DNA from: Bacteroidia bacterium
GTDB taxonomy: Bacteria > Bacteroidota > Bacteroidia > NS11-12g > UBA9320
Direction: 5' to 3'
Assembly: GCA_965216465.1 (NCBI GenBank)
Contig: CBDCFW010000006.1
Span: 1,216,001-1,280,000, forward strand
Length of the DNA stretch: 64,000 nt
Position numbers and translations under genes: made by a program. This document shows, piece by piece, positions 9,628-17,365 of the stretch; positions within the stretch are counted from its first letter, which is position 1, and every line of letters begins with the position of its first letter. Below the pieces are notes generated by a model, which was not told where the DNA came from, ran no database searches, and saw only the letters and a program-made list of their open reading frames with translations.

Positions 9628-9861
9628 TTAGGTATAGCGTTTTTTAAGTTCAAAGATGATGTCATCAAGCCCGTTTAACTTAATTTCATAAACCGTAGCC
9701 AGCTGTGTACCTAACTTCCCTTTAGGAAAACCGCCTTTGTTTTGAAACCATTCGAGGTAAGAAATTGGAAGGTCACATAGCAGCCGCCCCTTGTATTTTC
9801 CAAAGGGCATTTGATACCTAACAATGTCTTTTAAGATTTCAGATTTAGGAGGTTCTAGCAT
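9628..9861 (-). CDS. DUF3820 family protein
   Basis: MPFGKYKGRLLCDLPISYLEWF..GFPKGKLG; ATG at 9861 after TACATTTG. Confidence 0.85.
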   Translation of the reverse strand: MLEPPKSEILKDIVRYQMPFGKYKGRLLCDLPISYLEWFQNKGGFPKGKLGTQLATVYEIKLNGLDDIIFELKKRYT

Positions 9862-9947
9862 TCGGAGCAAATGTACATTTTTATGGAAGGTATGGTGGGT
9901 TGTTGGAGTGGTGAAATTTCATTTTAGTTAATATTGTAGGATATACA

Positions 9948-11120
9948 ATGGGGTTGAAAATAGCACTAGTTGAAGACAATGAAATGTATGCTTCTATGTT
10001 GGAGCATGCACTTAAAGAAGAAGGGTATCAGGTAGATGTTTATAGTGAGGGTAAATCCTTCTTAGAAAGCATGAATAATAACTATTCGATTCTGGTATTG
10101 GATCATAGTTTACCTGATATGTCAGGAATGGATGTGCTTAAATATGTAGATAAAAGTGTAGCGAACTTGCCGGTTGTATTGATTTCAGCACAAGAAGATG
10201 TTAGTGTCGTTGTTGATGCTTATGATAATGGAGCATCCCGATATATTATAAAAGATGATCATGCAGTTTTAAAGCTTAAACAAGCCCTGAAAAACATTGC
10301 TAAGGTTATTGAACTTGAGGATGAAGTGGCATTGTTACGAGAAGAAGTTGTTGATAGAGCCCGGTACAGCTCAATTATTGGCGAGAGTTCTGCCATTCTA
10401 AAAGTGCTCAAGCTCATTCAGCGTGTAGAAAAAACCGACACGTTGGTCATGATTACAGGTGCAAGCGGAACAGGTAAAGAGGTTGTTGCTCATGCAATTC
10501 ATGTCAACAGCAAGCGAAGAAGAAAACCTTTTGTTGCGGTTAATGTTGCTGCTATTCCTGATCATTTATTGGAAGATGAGCTTTTTGGACATGAACGCGG
10601 AGCATTTACCGGAGCATCCGGAAGACGGAAAGGAAGATTTGAAGAAGCACAAGGAGGTACAATCTTTCTTGACGAAATTGGAGAGATGGACCTCAAGTTG
10701 CAAACCAAACTTTTAAGGGTTTTGCAAGAGAAAAAGATCTCACGATTAGGTAGCAATAAAGAAATTAAACTCGATGTTCGAATCATAGCTGCTACCAACA
10801 AGAATTTAGGTCAACAAGTTAAGCAAGGTAATTTTAGAGAAGATTTGTATTACCGAATACAAGGTTTCTTAATTCATTTGCCTATGCTCAAAGACCGTGG
10901 CGACGATATTGTAATTCTGGCTCGACACTTTGTTAAAATGTACGCAGATAAGTACGAAGCAGGTGAAGTTACCCTCGATGGCTCAGCAGAACGTAAGTTG
11001 ATGGGGCATTTGTGGTCTGGTAACGTTAGGGAGCTAATGGCTGTAATCGACCGATGCATCTTAATGCGTGAAAGTCAGGTGATTACTGGCAACGACCTTA
11101 TCTTTTCAGACGCTATTTAG
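9948..11120 (+). CDS. Sigma54-dependent response regulator (REC + AAA+), no C-terminal HTH
   Basis: REC domain, GASGTGKE, GAFTGA, FLDEIGE, FREDLYYR, WSGNVREL; the protein ends about 28 aa later. Confidence 0.9.
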   Translation: MGLKIALVEDNEMYASMLEHALKEEGYQVDVYSEGKSFLESMNNNYSILVLDHSLPDMSGMDVLKYVDKSVANLPVVLISAQEDVSVVVDAYDNGASRYIIKDDHAVLKLKQALKNIAKVIELEDEVALLREEVVDRARYSSIIGESSAILKVLKLIQRVEKTDTLVMITGASGTGKEVVAHAIHVNSKRRRKPFVAVNVAAIPDHLLEDELFGHERGAFTGASGRRKGRFEEAQGGTIFLDEIGEMDLKLQTKLLRVLQEKKISRLGSNKEIKLDVRIIAATNKNLGQQVKQGNFREDLYYRIQGFLIHLPMLKDRGDDIVILARHFVKMYADKYEAGEVTLDGSAERKLMGHLWSGNVRELMAVIDRCILMRESQVITGNDLIFSDAI

Positions 11121-11147
11121 CACAACTAATTTCAAATTTGTTTTGTC

Positions 11148-11183
11148 ATTTTTCCAATAATTGGAAAAATACGTCTATATTTG
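11148..11183 (+). promoter_or_regulatory. Perfect 11-bp inverted repeat next to a -7 element
   Basis: ATTTTTCCAAT-A-ATTGGAAAAAT (11148-11170); TATATTTG at 11176-11183. Confidence 0.6.
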
Positions 11184-11238
11184 AAACTTTCTTAGGGAGA
11201 AAAACCCTAATTAAGCTAACATAACAACTACTACTATT

Positions 11239-12297
11239 ATGAACTTAAAACTTGAACCAAAGTTATCTGTCCGCCTTGATTTAGTTAAAATTTCCGTAGT
11301 CGGCGTTGCCGCTTTAGGTATTGTGGCTGCCTGGGTATTTTTCTTTGGAGGACTATCGACTGCAGTTGATTCAAAAGCTGCTGGCGTTACCATTAATTCG
11401 GCAACTGCCGTGAGTGCGTCTTCGAATCCTTTTTCTGCACTTTCATCTGGTGATACCATTAATGTTTATGGTCAGTTTGAGATCAACCAAGACTATACCA
11501 TTCATCAGTCTAATTCAATTCATATTATAGTTGACGGAACCAATGCAGAGTTGAAAGTATTTAAAAATAGAAGCTTAAGGCTGGGTGCGGGTAGTTCTAT
11601 TACCTTGCTTAATGGCGGGACTTTGCGTTCAACCGGAGGTTGTCAATCATCAGCAAAAATCTATTTTGGAAGTGCTGAAGTTGCTAATTGTCCAGGAACT
11701 GGTGGCGCGAGTAGTTTTGTGGCGATTACAAGTGCCGGTGGAATTGGTACCAGTGGAGCTATGCTTCCTGTTTCATGGATGTCTACTTCTACCGATATAC
11801 GTGGTGAAGATATACTGATCAATTGGTCTACGGCCATGGAAGAGAATAATAGTGGATTTGAAGTTGAATTTAGCGAAAATGGCACAACATGGGAGCGTGT
11901 TTCAAGCTTGAAATCGAAAGCTGAAGGAGGCACAACAAACGATATTCAATATTATACAGCAGTACATACGCCACCAGCTTTTGCGGTGTATTGTATGTAC
12001 CGTATTAAACAAATAGACTTTGACGGCAAGTATGAGTATTCAAAAGTTATGCTTGTTGAAAGAGAATTGGAACAAGACGTGGTTATTGGAACTTTAGGTA
12101 ATTCTAGAATCAGTGTCAAAGTGAAATCCGATTTTGGTAATAATTCGAAGGTTCTTATTTCTGATTTATCAGGAAAGATTGTTGTCTCAGAAGAGGTAAC
12201 AGACAAAAGAAACTTCACCCTCCCCAGACCAGGGGTTTACATTATTGAGGTGTCCAACGGTTCAAAAGTGGACAGAATAAAGCACTTAGTGCGCTAA
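11239..12297 (+). CDS. T9SS type A sorting-domain protein
   Basis: N-terminal hydrophobic segment, Gly-rich passenger, LPVSW..NWSTAMEENNSGFEVE..YRIKQIDFDGKYEYS Ig-like domain, CTD-like end (DLSGKIV..PGVYIIEV). Confidence 0.75.
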   Translation: MNLKLEPKLSVRLDLVKISVVGVAALGIVAAWVFFFGGLSTAVDSKAAGVTINSATAVSASSNPFSALSSGDTINVYGQFEINQDYTIHQSNSIHIIVDGTNAELKVFKNRSLRLGAGSSITLLNGGTLRSTGGCQSSAKIYFGSAEVANCPGTGGASSFVAITSAGGIGTSGAMLPVSWMSTSTDIRGEDILINWSTAMEENNSGFEVEFSENGTTWERVSSLKSKAEGGTTNDIQYYTAVHTPPAFAVYCMYRIKQIDFDGKYEYSKVMLVERELEQDVVIGTLGNSRISVKVKSDFGNNSKVLISDLSGKIVVSEEVTDKRNFTLPRPGVYIIEVSNGSKVDRIKHLVR

Positions 12298-12325
12298 CTT
12301 GGAAAATCCTTAAATCAAATTTGCG

Positions 12326-12358
12326 AAGGGGAACGATTTAATCGTTCCCCTTTTTTTT
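12326..12358 (+). terminator. Intrinsic terminator
   Basis: AAGGGGAACGAT/ATCGTTCCCCTT stem followed by T-run. Confidence 0.9.
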
Positions 12359-12395
12359 AGTCTCTTGATGGGATGAAATACTAATTGGTATTCGG

Positions 12396-12423
12396 TCGTC
12401 ACATTTTCTAGTATTTCGTCACA
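12396..12423 (+). promoter_or_regulatory. Direct repeat, putative LytTR binding site
   Basis: TCGTCACA at 12396 and 12416 (20-bp period), upstream of the lipoprotein adjacent to a LytTR gene. Confidence 0.55.
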
Positions 12424-12477
12424 ATCGCCTTATTTCAGTGCATCTTATCACTGTAGTAGAACCCTCTACTCGGTGTT

Positions 12478-13011
12478 ATGATAAAATTACGATACACAAT
12501 ATTTATGGCAATAGTTGCCGGATTATTAATGGCTTCGTGCTCGCAAGAATCAACCCCTGTAACAACCCAAACAGACCAAGAAGATAAGATTGAAGGAATT
12601 CTTACCGATGGGCTATGGGTAACCAACAATGATGCAATGCCTACCCAATCAATGAAGGATGCATACAACAAAATCACAATTGAAGTAGACAAAGACTATA
12701 ATTTTACTTGGACCTGGGATCAGAAGAACGGTCAGGTTTATGAAATGACCGGATTTGCCTACGAAGAAAAGTCAAGTTATGAGCATGATAACGGAAGTGG
12801 AATTTGGAAAATTAATTTCACTGTAACGCATATTAATGGTCAAGCTTTACCTGGAGGATTTTATGGAATTTATGCCTTCGAGAATGAAAACAGCATGCTT
12901 TTGAATGTGGAACCTGACGTGTCTAATTGGGGAAAACACCCAACGGCAGAAGAAGGAATTGGAAGCGGTGAAAAAGGCAATGAAAGTGTTTACCGAATGA
13001 TAAAACAGTAG
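12478..13011 (+). CDS. Lipoprotein, lipocalin-like beta fold
   Basis: Lipobox LMASC then acidic residues; GLW motif and beta-rich body. Confidence 0.65.
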   Translation: MIKLRYTIFMAIVAGLLMASCSQESTPVTTQTDQEDKIEGILTDGLWVTNNDAMPTQSMKDAYNKITIEVDKDYNFTWTWDQKNGQVYEMTGFAYEEKSSYEHDNGSGIWKINFTVTHINGQALPGGFYGIYAFENENSMLLNVEPDVSNWGKHPTAEEGIGSGEKGNESVYRMIKQ

Positions 13012-13740
13012 TTAAGCAATATTCTTAACGTTTTGATAAAAACCCCTAGAGTAAGGAACTTGAAGATCTTTAATCAACATAAGCTTGCCCCCGTTCGAAT
13101 TTCCTTTGATTTCGCGAATCAAAGAAGAATTCACCAAGAAGCTTTTATGCACTTGCACCAAACCGGGACGCTCTTGCTGAAAATGATTCAAAGGAATTCG
13201 CTGAACCTTACGAACGATAACCCCTTTTGAGAATTGATAGACATGAATGTAGTTTCCGTCAGATTTAACGTATACCACATCCGATTTCTTTCGGTTGAAA
13301 GCCTTAGGGCTCAAACGCAGAAAGACATCGATTGCAGCTGGAATCAGACCTACAAAACAAGTAGAAACAAAAACGGAAACTGCAGAAATGTCTTGAGCGA
13401 TCGAAGAGTTTTTAAACAAGAAGAGATTGTACGAACCAATCACCAAAAAATGACCAAGTATCCAAATAGCTTCCTTACCGAAGGTCCAGGAGTCTATAGT
13501 TTTTTTATAAAAGGTCGATACAATAATGAAGCTTGAAGGGAGTATCATGGCACAGAATAAGCTGATTTTTATAACAATTGAAATCAACTCGTTGGCCGAC
13601 AGAAATTGCAAGAAAAATGGTTGGTAAAAGCCTAAAAACACAATCAGGTATAGAAAGAACAAGGCAACATACTTTAAGTAAGACCTTGGATCTTTTCGAA
13701 ACCGTAGCGGGCTATTTATCCATGCATTAATTCTTGACAT
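13012..13740 (-). CDS. Membrane-anchored LytTR-family regulator
   Basis: Four TM helices then YVKSDGNY..QVHKSFLVN..IKGNSNG..VPYSR. Confidence 0.85.
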   Translation of the reverse strand: MSRINAWINSPLRFRKDPRSYLKYVALFFLYLIVFLGFYQPFFLQFLSANELISIVIKISLFCAMILPSSFIIVSTFYKKTIDSWTFGKEAIWILGHFLVIGSYNLFLFKNSSIAQDISAVSVFVSTCFVGLIPAAIDVFLRLSPKAFNRKKSDVVYVKSDGNYIHVYQFSKGVIVRKVQRIPLNHFQQERPGLVQVHKSFLVNSSLIREIKGNSNGGKLMLIKDLQVPYSRGFYQNVKNIA

Positions 13741-13823
13741 TGATGTATAAAAGACAGAATGGAACTTAAAAAAGTTGCTTCAGTCTAAAAAAACGAAAAA
13801 CAAATAATTTAAAACAGTATAAA

Positions 13824-14240
13824 ATGAAACAGTTAACAATCACATTTTTTATCGCTGCAATGTTCTGCTTGGCAGCGTGTCAACAAGAAACAACAACCCC
13901 TGATCCAGTGGTTGACGATCCAGATCCAACACCACGTCCTCTGTCAAAGATTGAGATGTTGGTAAAGTTTTGGGATATCGATACCGCCTACCATGATGGC
14001 ATAAAAGATGGTTCTTCAACCGGAAAGACCATTGAGTTTTTCAATGGAGGAACCTATGATTTTAATAAGGGAGATTTAAGTGGTTCATGGGAGTTTACAT
14101 CTGACTCAAGCCAGTTAATCATAGACAAAGGAAAGTCATATCAACAAGATTGGACTATTGTCGATTTACAAGAAGAACGATTTGAAGTAGATTTCAACAG
14201 CCCATTTACTGGGAAACCATCTACTTGGATTATGCATTAA
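13824..14240 (+). CDS. Lipoprotein, lipocalin-like
   Basis: Lipobox LAAC, Pro/Asp linker, GSWEF and beta-rich body. Confidence 0.65.
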   Translation: MKQLTITFFIAAMFCLAACQQETTTPDPVVDDPDPTPRPLSKIEMLVKFWDIDTAYHDGIKDGSSTGKTIEFFNGGTYDFNKGDLSGSWEFTSDSSQLIIDKGKSYQQDWTIVDLQEERFEVDFNSPFTGKPSTWIMH

Positions 14241-14243
14241 ATA

Positions 14244-14273
14244 TAAACCCTTCTAGACCCCTCTAAACCCCTC
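14244..14273 (+). repeat. 3x imperfect 10-bp tandem repeat
   Basis: TAAACCCTTC TAGACCCCTC TAAACCCCTC. Confidence 0.8.
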
Positions 14274-14276
14274 TAT

Positions 14277-14308
14277 CAAGGCAGGCTAAATGCCTGTCTT
14301 GGTTTTTT
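14277..14308 (+). terminator. Intrinsic terminator
   Basis: CAAGGCAGGC/GCCTGTCTTG stem followed by T-run, between convergent genes. Confidence 0.7.
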
Positions 14309-14726
14309 AACCAAACTGCAATACGGCAAGTACAATAATTGCTAAGCCAGTTAGTAAAGCTAGTTTGCCAAAAGGAGCTAGTGACTGCAACTTTGCATCG
14401 TCGTTTTCTTTAACTGCTTTTTTGGCACGTGAGCTAATCATTCCGATCAGGCCTCCCAAAACAACAACAAGAATCAACTTGGTTAACAATAAAGGACTGT
14501 CGCCAATGGTTCCCCATAGATTTCGAATAAGGTAAAGCCCTGACAGAACAAGCAGGGTTAGGCCGATGTGTCCCATCTTGCTAATCGCAAGGGCGTTCTT
14601 GTAGAATTTGCTGCCTTCTTCTGGGGGCATTTTAGAAGCGGCAATTCCGATAAACATAAAGGCAAAACTTGTACCGACTCCCATAGCTAAGCCTATGAAG
14701 TGGGTAATTTTCATTGCTTCGTACAT
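14307..14726 (-). CDS. Four-TM membrane protein of unknown function
   Basis: Hydrophobic helices, HFIGLAMG, LLVLSGLYL, KLILV. Confidence 0.65.
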   Translation of the reverse strand: MYEAMKITHFIGLAMGVGTSFAFMFIGIAASKMPPEEGSKFYKNALAISKMGHIGLTLLVLSGLYLIRNLWGTIGDSPLLLTKLILVVVLGGLIGMISSRAKKAVKENDDAKLQSLAPFGKLALLTGLAIIVLAVLQFG

Positions 14727-14863
14727 ATTAAAATTTTAGTTGGTTTGACTATAAATGTACAAGATTTCGATGATAATCTTTGAATTTGGCCTCAGTTTTA
14801 CAGCCATCATGAAATAATTTGTTGCTTCAATGTGAATAATAATACATAAGTATTCTCAATATT

Positions 14864-14879
14864 TGTACTAATTAGTACA
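14864..14879. promoter_or_regulatory. Perfect 16-bp palindrome, putative TetR operator
   Basis: TGTACTAATTAGTACA ends 2 nt before the TetR ATG and overlaps AATATTTG. Confidence 0.7.
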
Positions 14880-14881
14880 GT

Positions 14882-15463
14882 ATGAAAAAGCACAACAAGC
14901 AGCACGTAATAGAGGTTGGCGAGAGCCTATTTAGGGCAAAGGGATTTGAAGCAACGGGAACAGACGAGTTGCTACGAGAATCGGAGTACCCCCGCAGTTC
15001 GTTCTACTATCTTTTTGAAAGCAAGGAGCAATTTGCCAGTGAAGTTTTAGTTGCTTATGGTGATAGATTAGAATCCATTTATATCGAAGTTCTCAGTGAT
15101 AAGAGCATAGGAACACCTTATGAACGACTAGTTTATTTATTTGAAAATCAGATTAATGTAGCTATTTCTGAAGAGTTTAAAGACGATTGTTTGATTTATC
15201 GACTTGGCTTGGAGGCTGCTTCCATAAGCGAACAATTTCGACGTAGCGTTTACACTGAACTAGCAAAATTGCTGCGGCCTATTGAATTGTGCATTAAAGA
15301 AGGAATTAAAGATCAAAGCATCGCCAGGCGGGGGAGTGCTAAACTAATGGCCAATAGATTGCAATCTCAGTATTACAGTTCGTATTTTATCGGTAAGCTT
15401 AGTGGCCGTCCTCAAGATTCTTTAGATATGTTGCATTATTTATTGGATGATTACAGGGGATAA
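14882..15463 (+). CDS. TetR/AcrR family regulator (NemR-like)
   Basis: GESLFRAKGFEATG..SSFYYLFESKE HTH; DCLIYRLGLE. Confidence 0.85.
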   Translation: MKKHNKQHVIEVGESLFRAKGFEATGTDELLRESEYPRSSFYYLFESKEQFASEVLVAYGDRLESIYIEVLSDKSIGTPYERLVYLFENQINVAISEEFKDDCLIYRLGLEAASISEQFRRSVYTELAKLLRPIELCIKEGIKDQSIARRGSAKLMANRLQSQYYSSYFIGKLSGRPQDSLDMLHYLLDDYRG

Positions 15464-15480
15464 GTGTATTGATTAGTACA

Positions 15481-16149
15481 CTATTCTGAAGTTTTAATGA
15501 TGTCTATTGGGTCTAAAATGAGTTTGTCACAACCGTTCATTGTTACATTTATCATTGATCTTCCTATTTGCGTTGTGTTCACTATCGAATTTGGTGCGAT
15601 GAGTTTGATGAGCTTGATTAACCACATAAAATAATCGTAAAAGAACTGGTACAAACGGGTTCTGGATTTAATGCCTCTTAACGGTATTATACCCCCCGGG
15701 CGATACATAAATGCTTGAGCAAAGCCCATTTTGAGTAAGTCGTTTTCTGTTTTTCCCTTCACTCGGGCCCACATGCTTCTTCCTTTTTCTGAACTGTCGG
15801 TTCCTTGTCCAGAAACGTAGGTAATGGTCATTTCAGGTGATTTGGCAAATAGCGTAGTTGCTAAAGCAAGCGTATAATCATACGTCATGACTGTGTAGCG
15901 ATCTTCTTTCATATTTGCTGAACTTACGCCCATGCACATATAGCAGGCATGGTAGCCAGATAATTGATCTTTAACACTTTCAAATTCGCTAAAATCTTTG
16001 TGCAGCAATTCAGATAACTTGGGATGTGACATGTTTAAAGATGAGCGTCCAACGGCTAGCACTTTTCCAATATTCTCATCGTCTAAACATTCAAGGAGCA
16101 CTCCTTTTCCTACCATTCCGGTTGCTCCGGTAATAATTACATTCTTCAT
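15481..16149 (-). CDS. NAD(P)-dependent epimerase/dehydratase family protein
   Basis: ITGATGMVG, WARVKGKTENDL, YRPG. Confidence 0.85.
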   Translation of the reverse strand: MKNVIITGATGMVGKGVLLECLDDENIGKVLAVGRSSLNMSHPKLSELLHKDFSEFESVKDQLSGYHACYMCMGVSSANMKEDRYTVMTYDYTLALATTLFAKSPEMTITYVSGQGTDSSEKGRSMWARVKGKTENDLLKMGFAQAFMYRPGGIIPLRGIKSRTRLYQFFYDYFMWLIKLIKLIAPNSIVNTTQIGRSMINVTMNGCDKLILDPIDIIKTSE

Positions 16150-16221
16150 CTAATCAGGTTTTATCGAGTGCAAGTTAGAAGTTTTTTTAAAGACGACCTT
16201 TATTTTGCGTTATTTGAATAA

Positions 16222-16800
16222 GTGAAGGCATTAAGAGCATACCTCAATCAGCATTTAACCATTTCAGAAACAGATTGGGAAAAGATATCCTCTAAATTGG
16301 TGCATTTCAGTGCAACCAAAAGAGATAAGATAACCACTGAAGGGAGTATTGAAACGAATTTGTATTTCGTCGAGTCTGGAATTGTCAGGTTGTTTTTTGA
16401 AGATGAGACGAAGGAAATTACCCTCAACTTAGGATTTCCGAATCAATTTATTTGTTCTTATACCTCTTTTTTATCTCAGCAACCATCAGCGTTTGATTTA
16501 GAGAGCCTTACTGATTGTGAACTCTATAAGCTGTCGAAAACAGACTTAGAACTGATATACCATGAGACGGAATGCGGTCAGCGGCTAGGAAGAATTCTTA
16601 CAGAGCAATTGTTCTTGTATCTATCTAAGCGAGAAACGGATTTCATGCTCAAGTCTCCTACTGAGCGCTACCTGGCTCTGTTTGATGAACAACCCCATTT
16701 AATTCAAGAGATTCCCCAGAAATATTTAGCCTCATACATTGGTATTACTCCACAAGCACTGAGCAGAATTCGAGCAAAACTCGTTTCAGGCAATTCTTAA
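16222..16800 (+). CDS. Crp/Fnr family transcriptional regulator
   Basis: YFVESGIVR; ERYLALF..IPQKYLASYIGITPQALSRIR. Confidence 0.9.
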   Translation: MKALRAYLNQHLTISETDWEKISSKLVHFSATKRDKITTEGSIETNLYFVESGIVRLFFEDETKEITLNLGFPNQFICSYTSFLSQQPSAFDLESLTDCELYKLSKTDLELIYHETECGQRLGRILTEQLFLYLSKRETDFMLKSPTERYLALFDEQPHLIQEIPQKYLASYIGITPQALSRIRAKLVSGNS

Positions 16801-16873
16801 TTAGTTAACCCAAGTTCATTGATTCAGTTTTGGTGCAGGGCTTTTTTTGCTGCGTACAAAAAATTGAAACATT

Positions 16874-17326
16874 ATGAACGAAACAGAAAAAATGATTGAA
16901 AATCAAAGTAAGATTGAATCTCACAGCAAGGCTTACCAACCAACCGATGCCTTTGTGGGAGCTTCGTGGATGGCGTTAATTATCGGAATGACTTCATATT
17001 GTATTGGTCTCCTGAACGCCTATATGGCCCTAAGCGAAAAAGGATATTATTTTACCATATTACTCTTTGGTTTGTTCTCTGTAATATCTGTTCAAAAGGC
17101 AGTAAGAGACCGTCTGGAGGGCGTTCCCGTAACCAATATTTACTATGGCATAAGCTGGTTTACCACCATCGTCTCGTTGCTGTTATTGATAATTGGACTT
17201 TGGAATGCAGATTTAGAATTAAGCGAAAAAGGATTTTATGCAATGGCATTTATCCTTAGTCTATTTGCCGCAGTAACGGTTCAGAAAAATGTAAGAGACC
17301 TAGCTTTGTTTAAAGCTAAGCGGTAA
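16874..17326 (+). CDS. yiaA: Inner membrane protein YiaA (two YiaAB repeats)
   Basis: AFVGASW..LSEKGYY..QKAVRD, repeated as LSEKGFY..QKNVRD. Confidence 0.9.
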   Translation: MNETEKMIENQSKIESHSKAYQPTDAFVGASWMALIIGMTSYCIGLLNAYMALSEKGYYFTILLFGLFSVISVQKAVRDRLEGVPVTNIYYGISWFTTIVSLLLLIIGLWNADLELSEKGFYAMAFILSLFAAVTVQKNVRDLALFKAKR

Positions 17327-17362
17327 AAAAAAGTCCCTCCCCAATTGTTGGGGAGGGACTTT
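17325..17362. terminator. Bidirectional intrinsic terminator
   Basis: 15-bp stem AAAGTCCCTCCCCAA/TTGGGGAGGGACTTT between convergent genes. Confidence 0.9.
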
Positions 17363-17365
17363 AAA

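Noticed and set aside
11100-11240. Sigma54 -24/-12 promoter next to the NtrC-like gene
   Set aside because: The best match, TAGCAC-N5-ATTT, lacks both the GG and GC dinucleotides, and a consensus TATATTTG explains the promoter
14244-14273. Short repeats as a possible CRISPR remnant
   Set aside because: Units are 10 bp and contiguous, with no spacers and no cas genes
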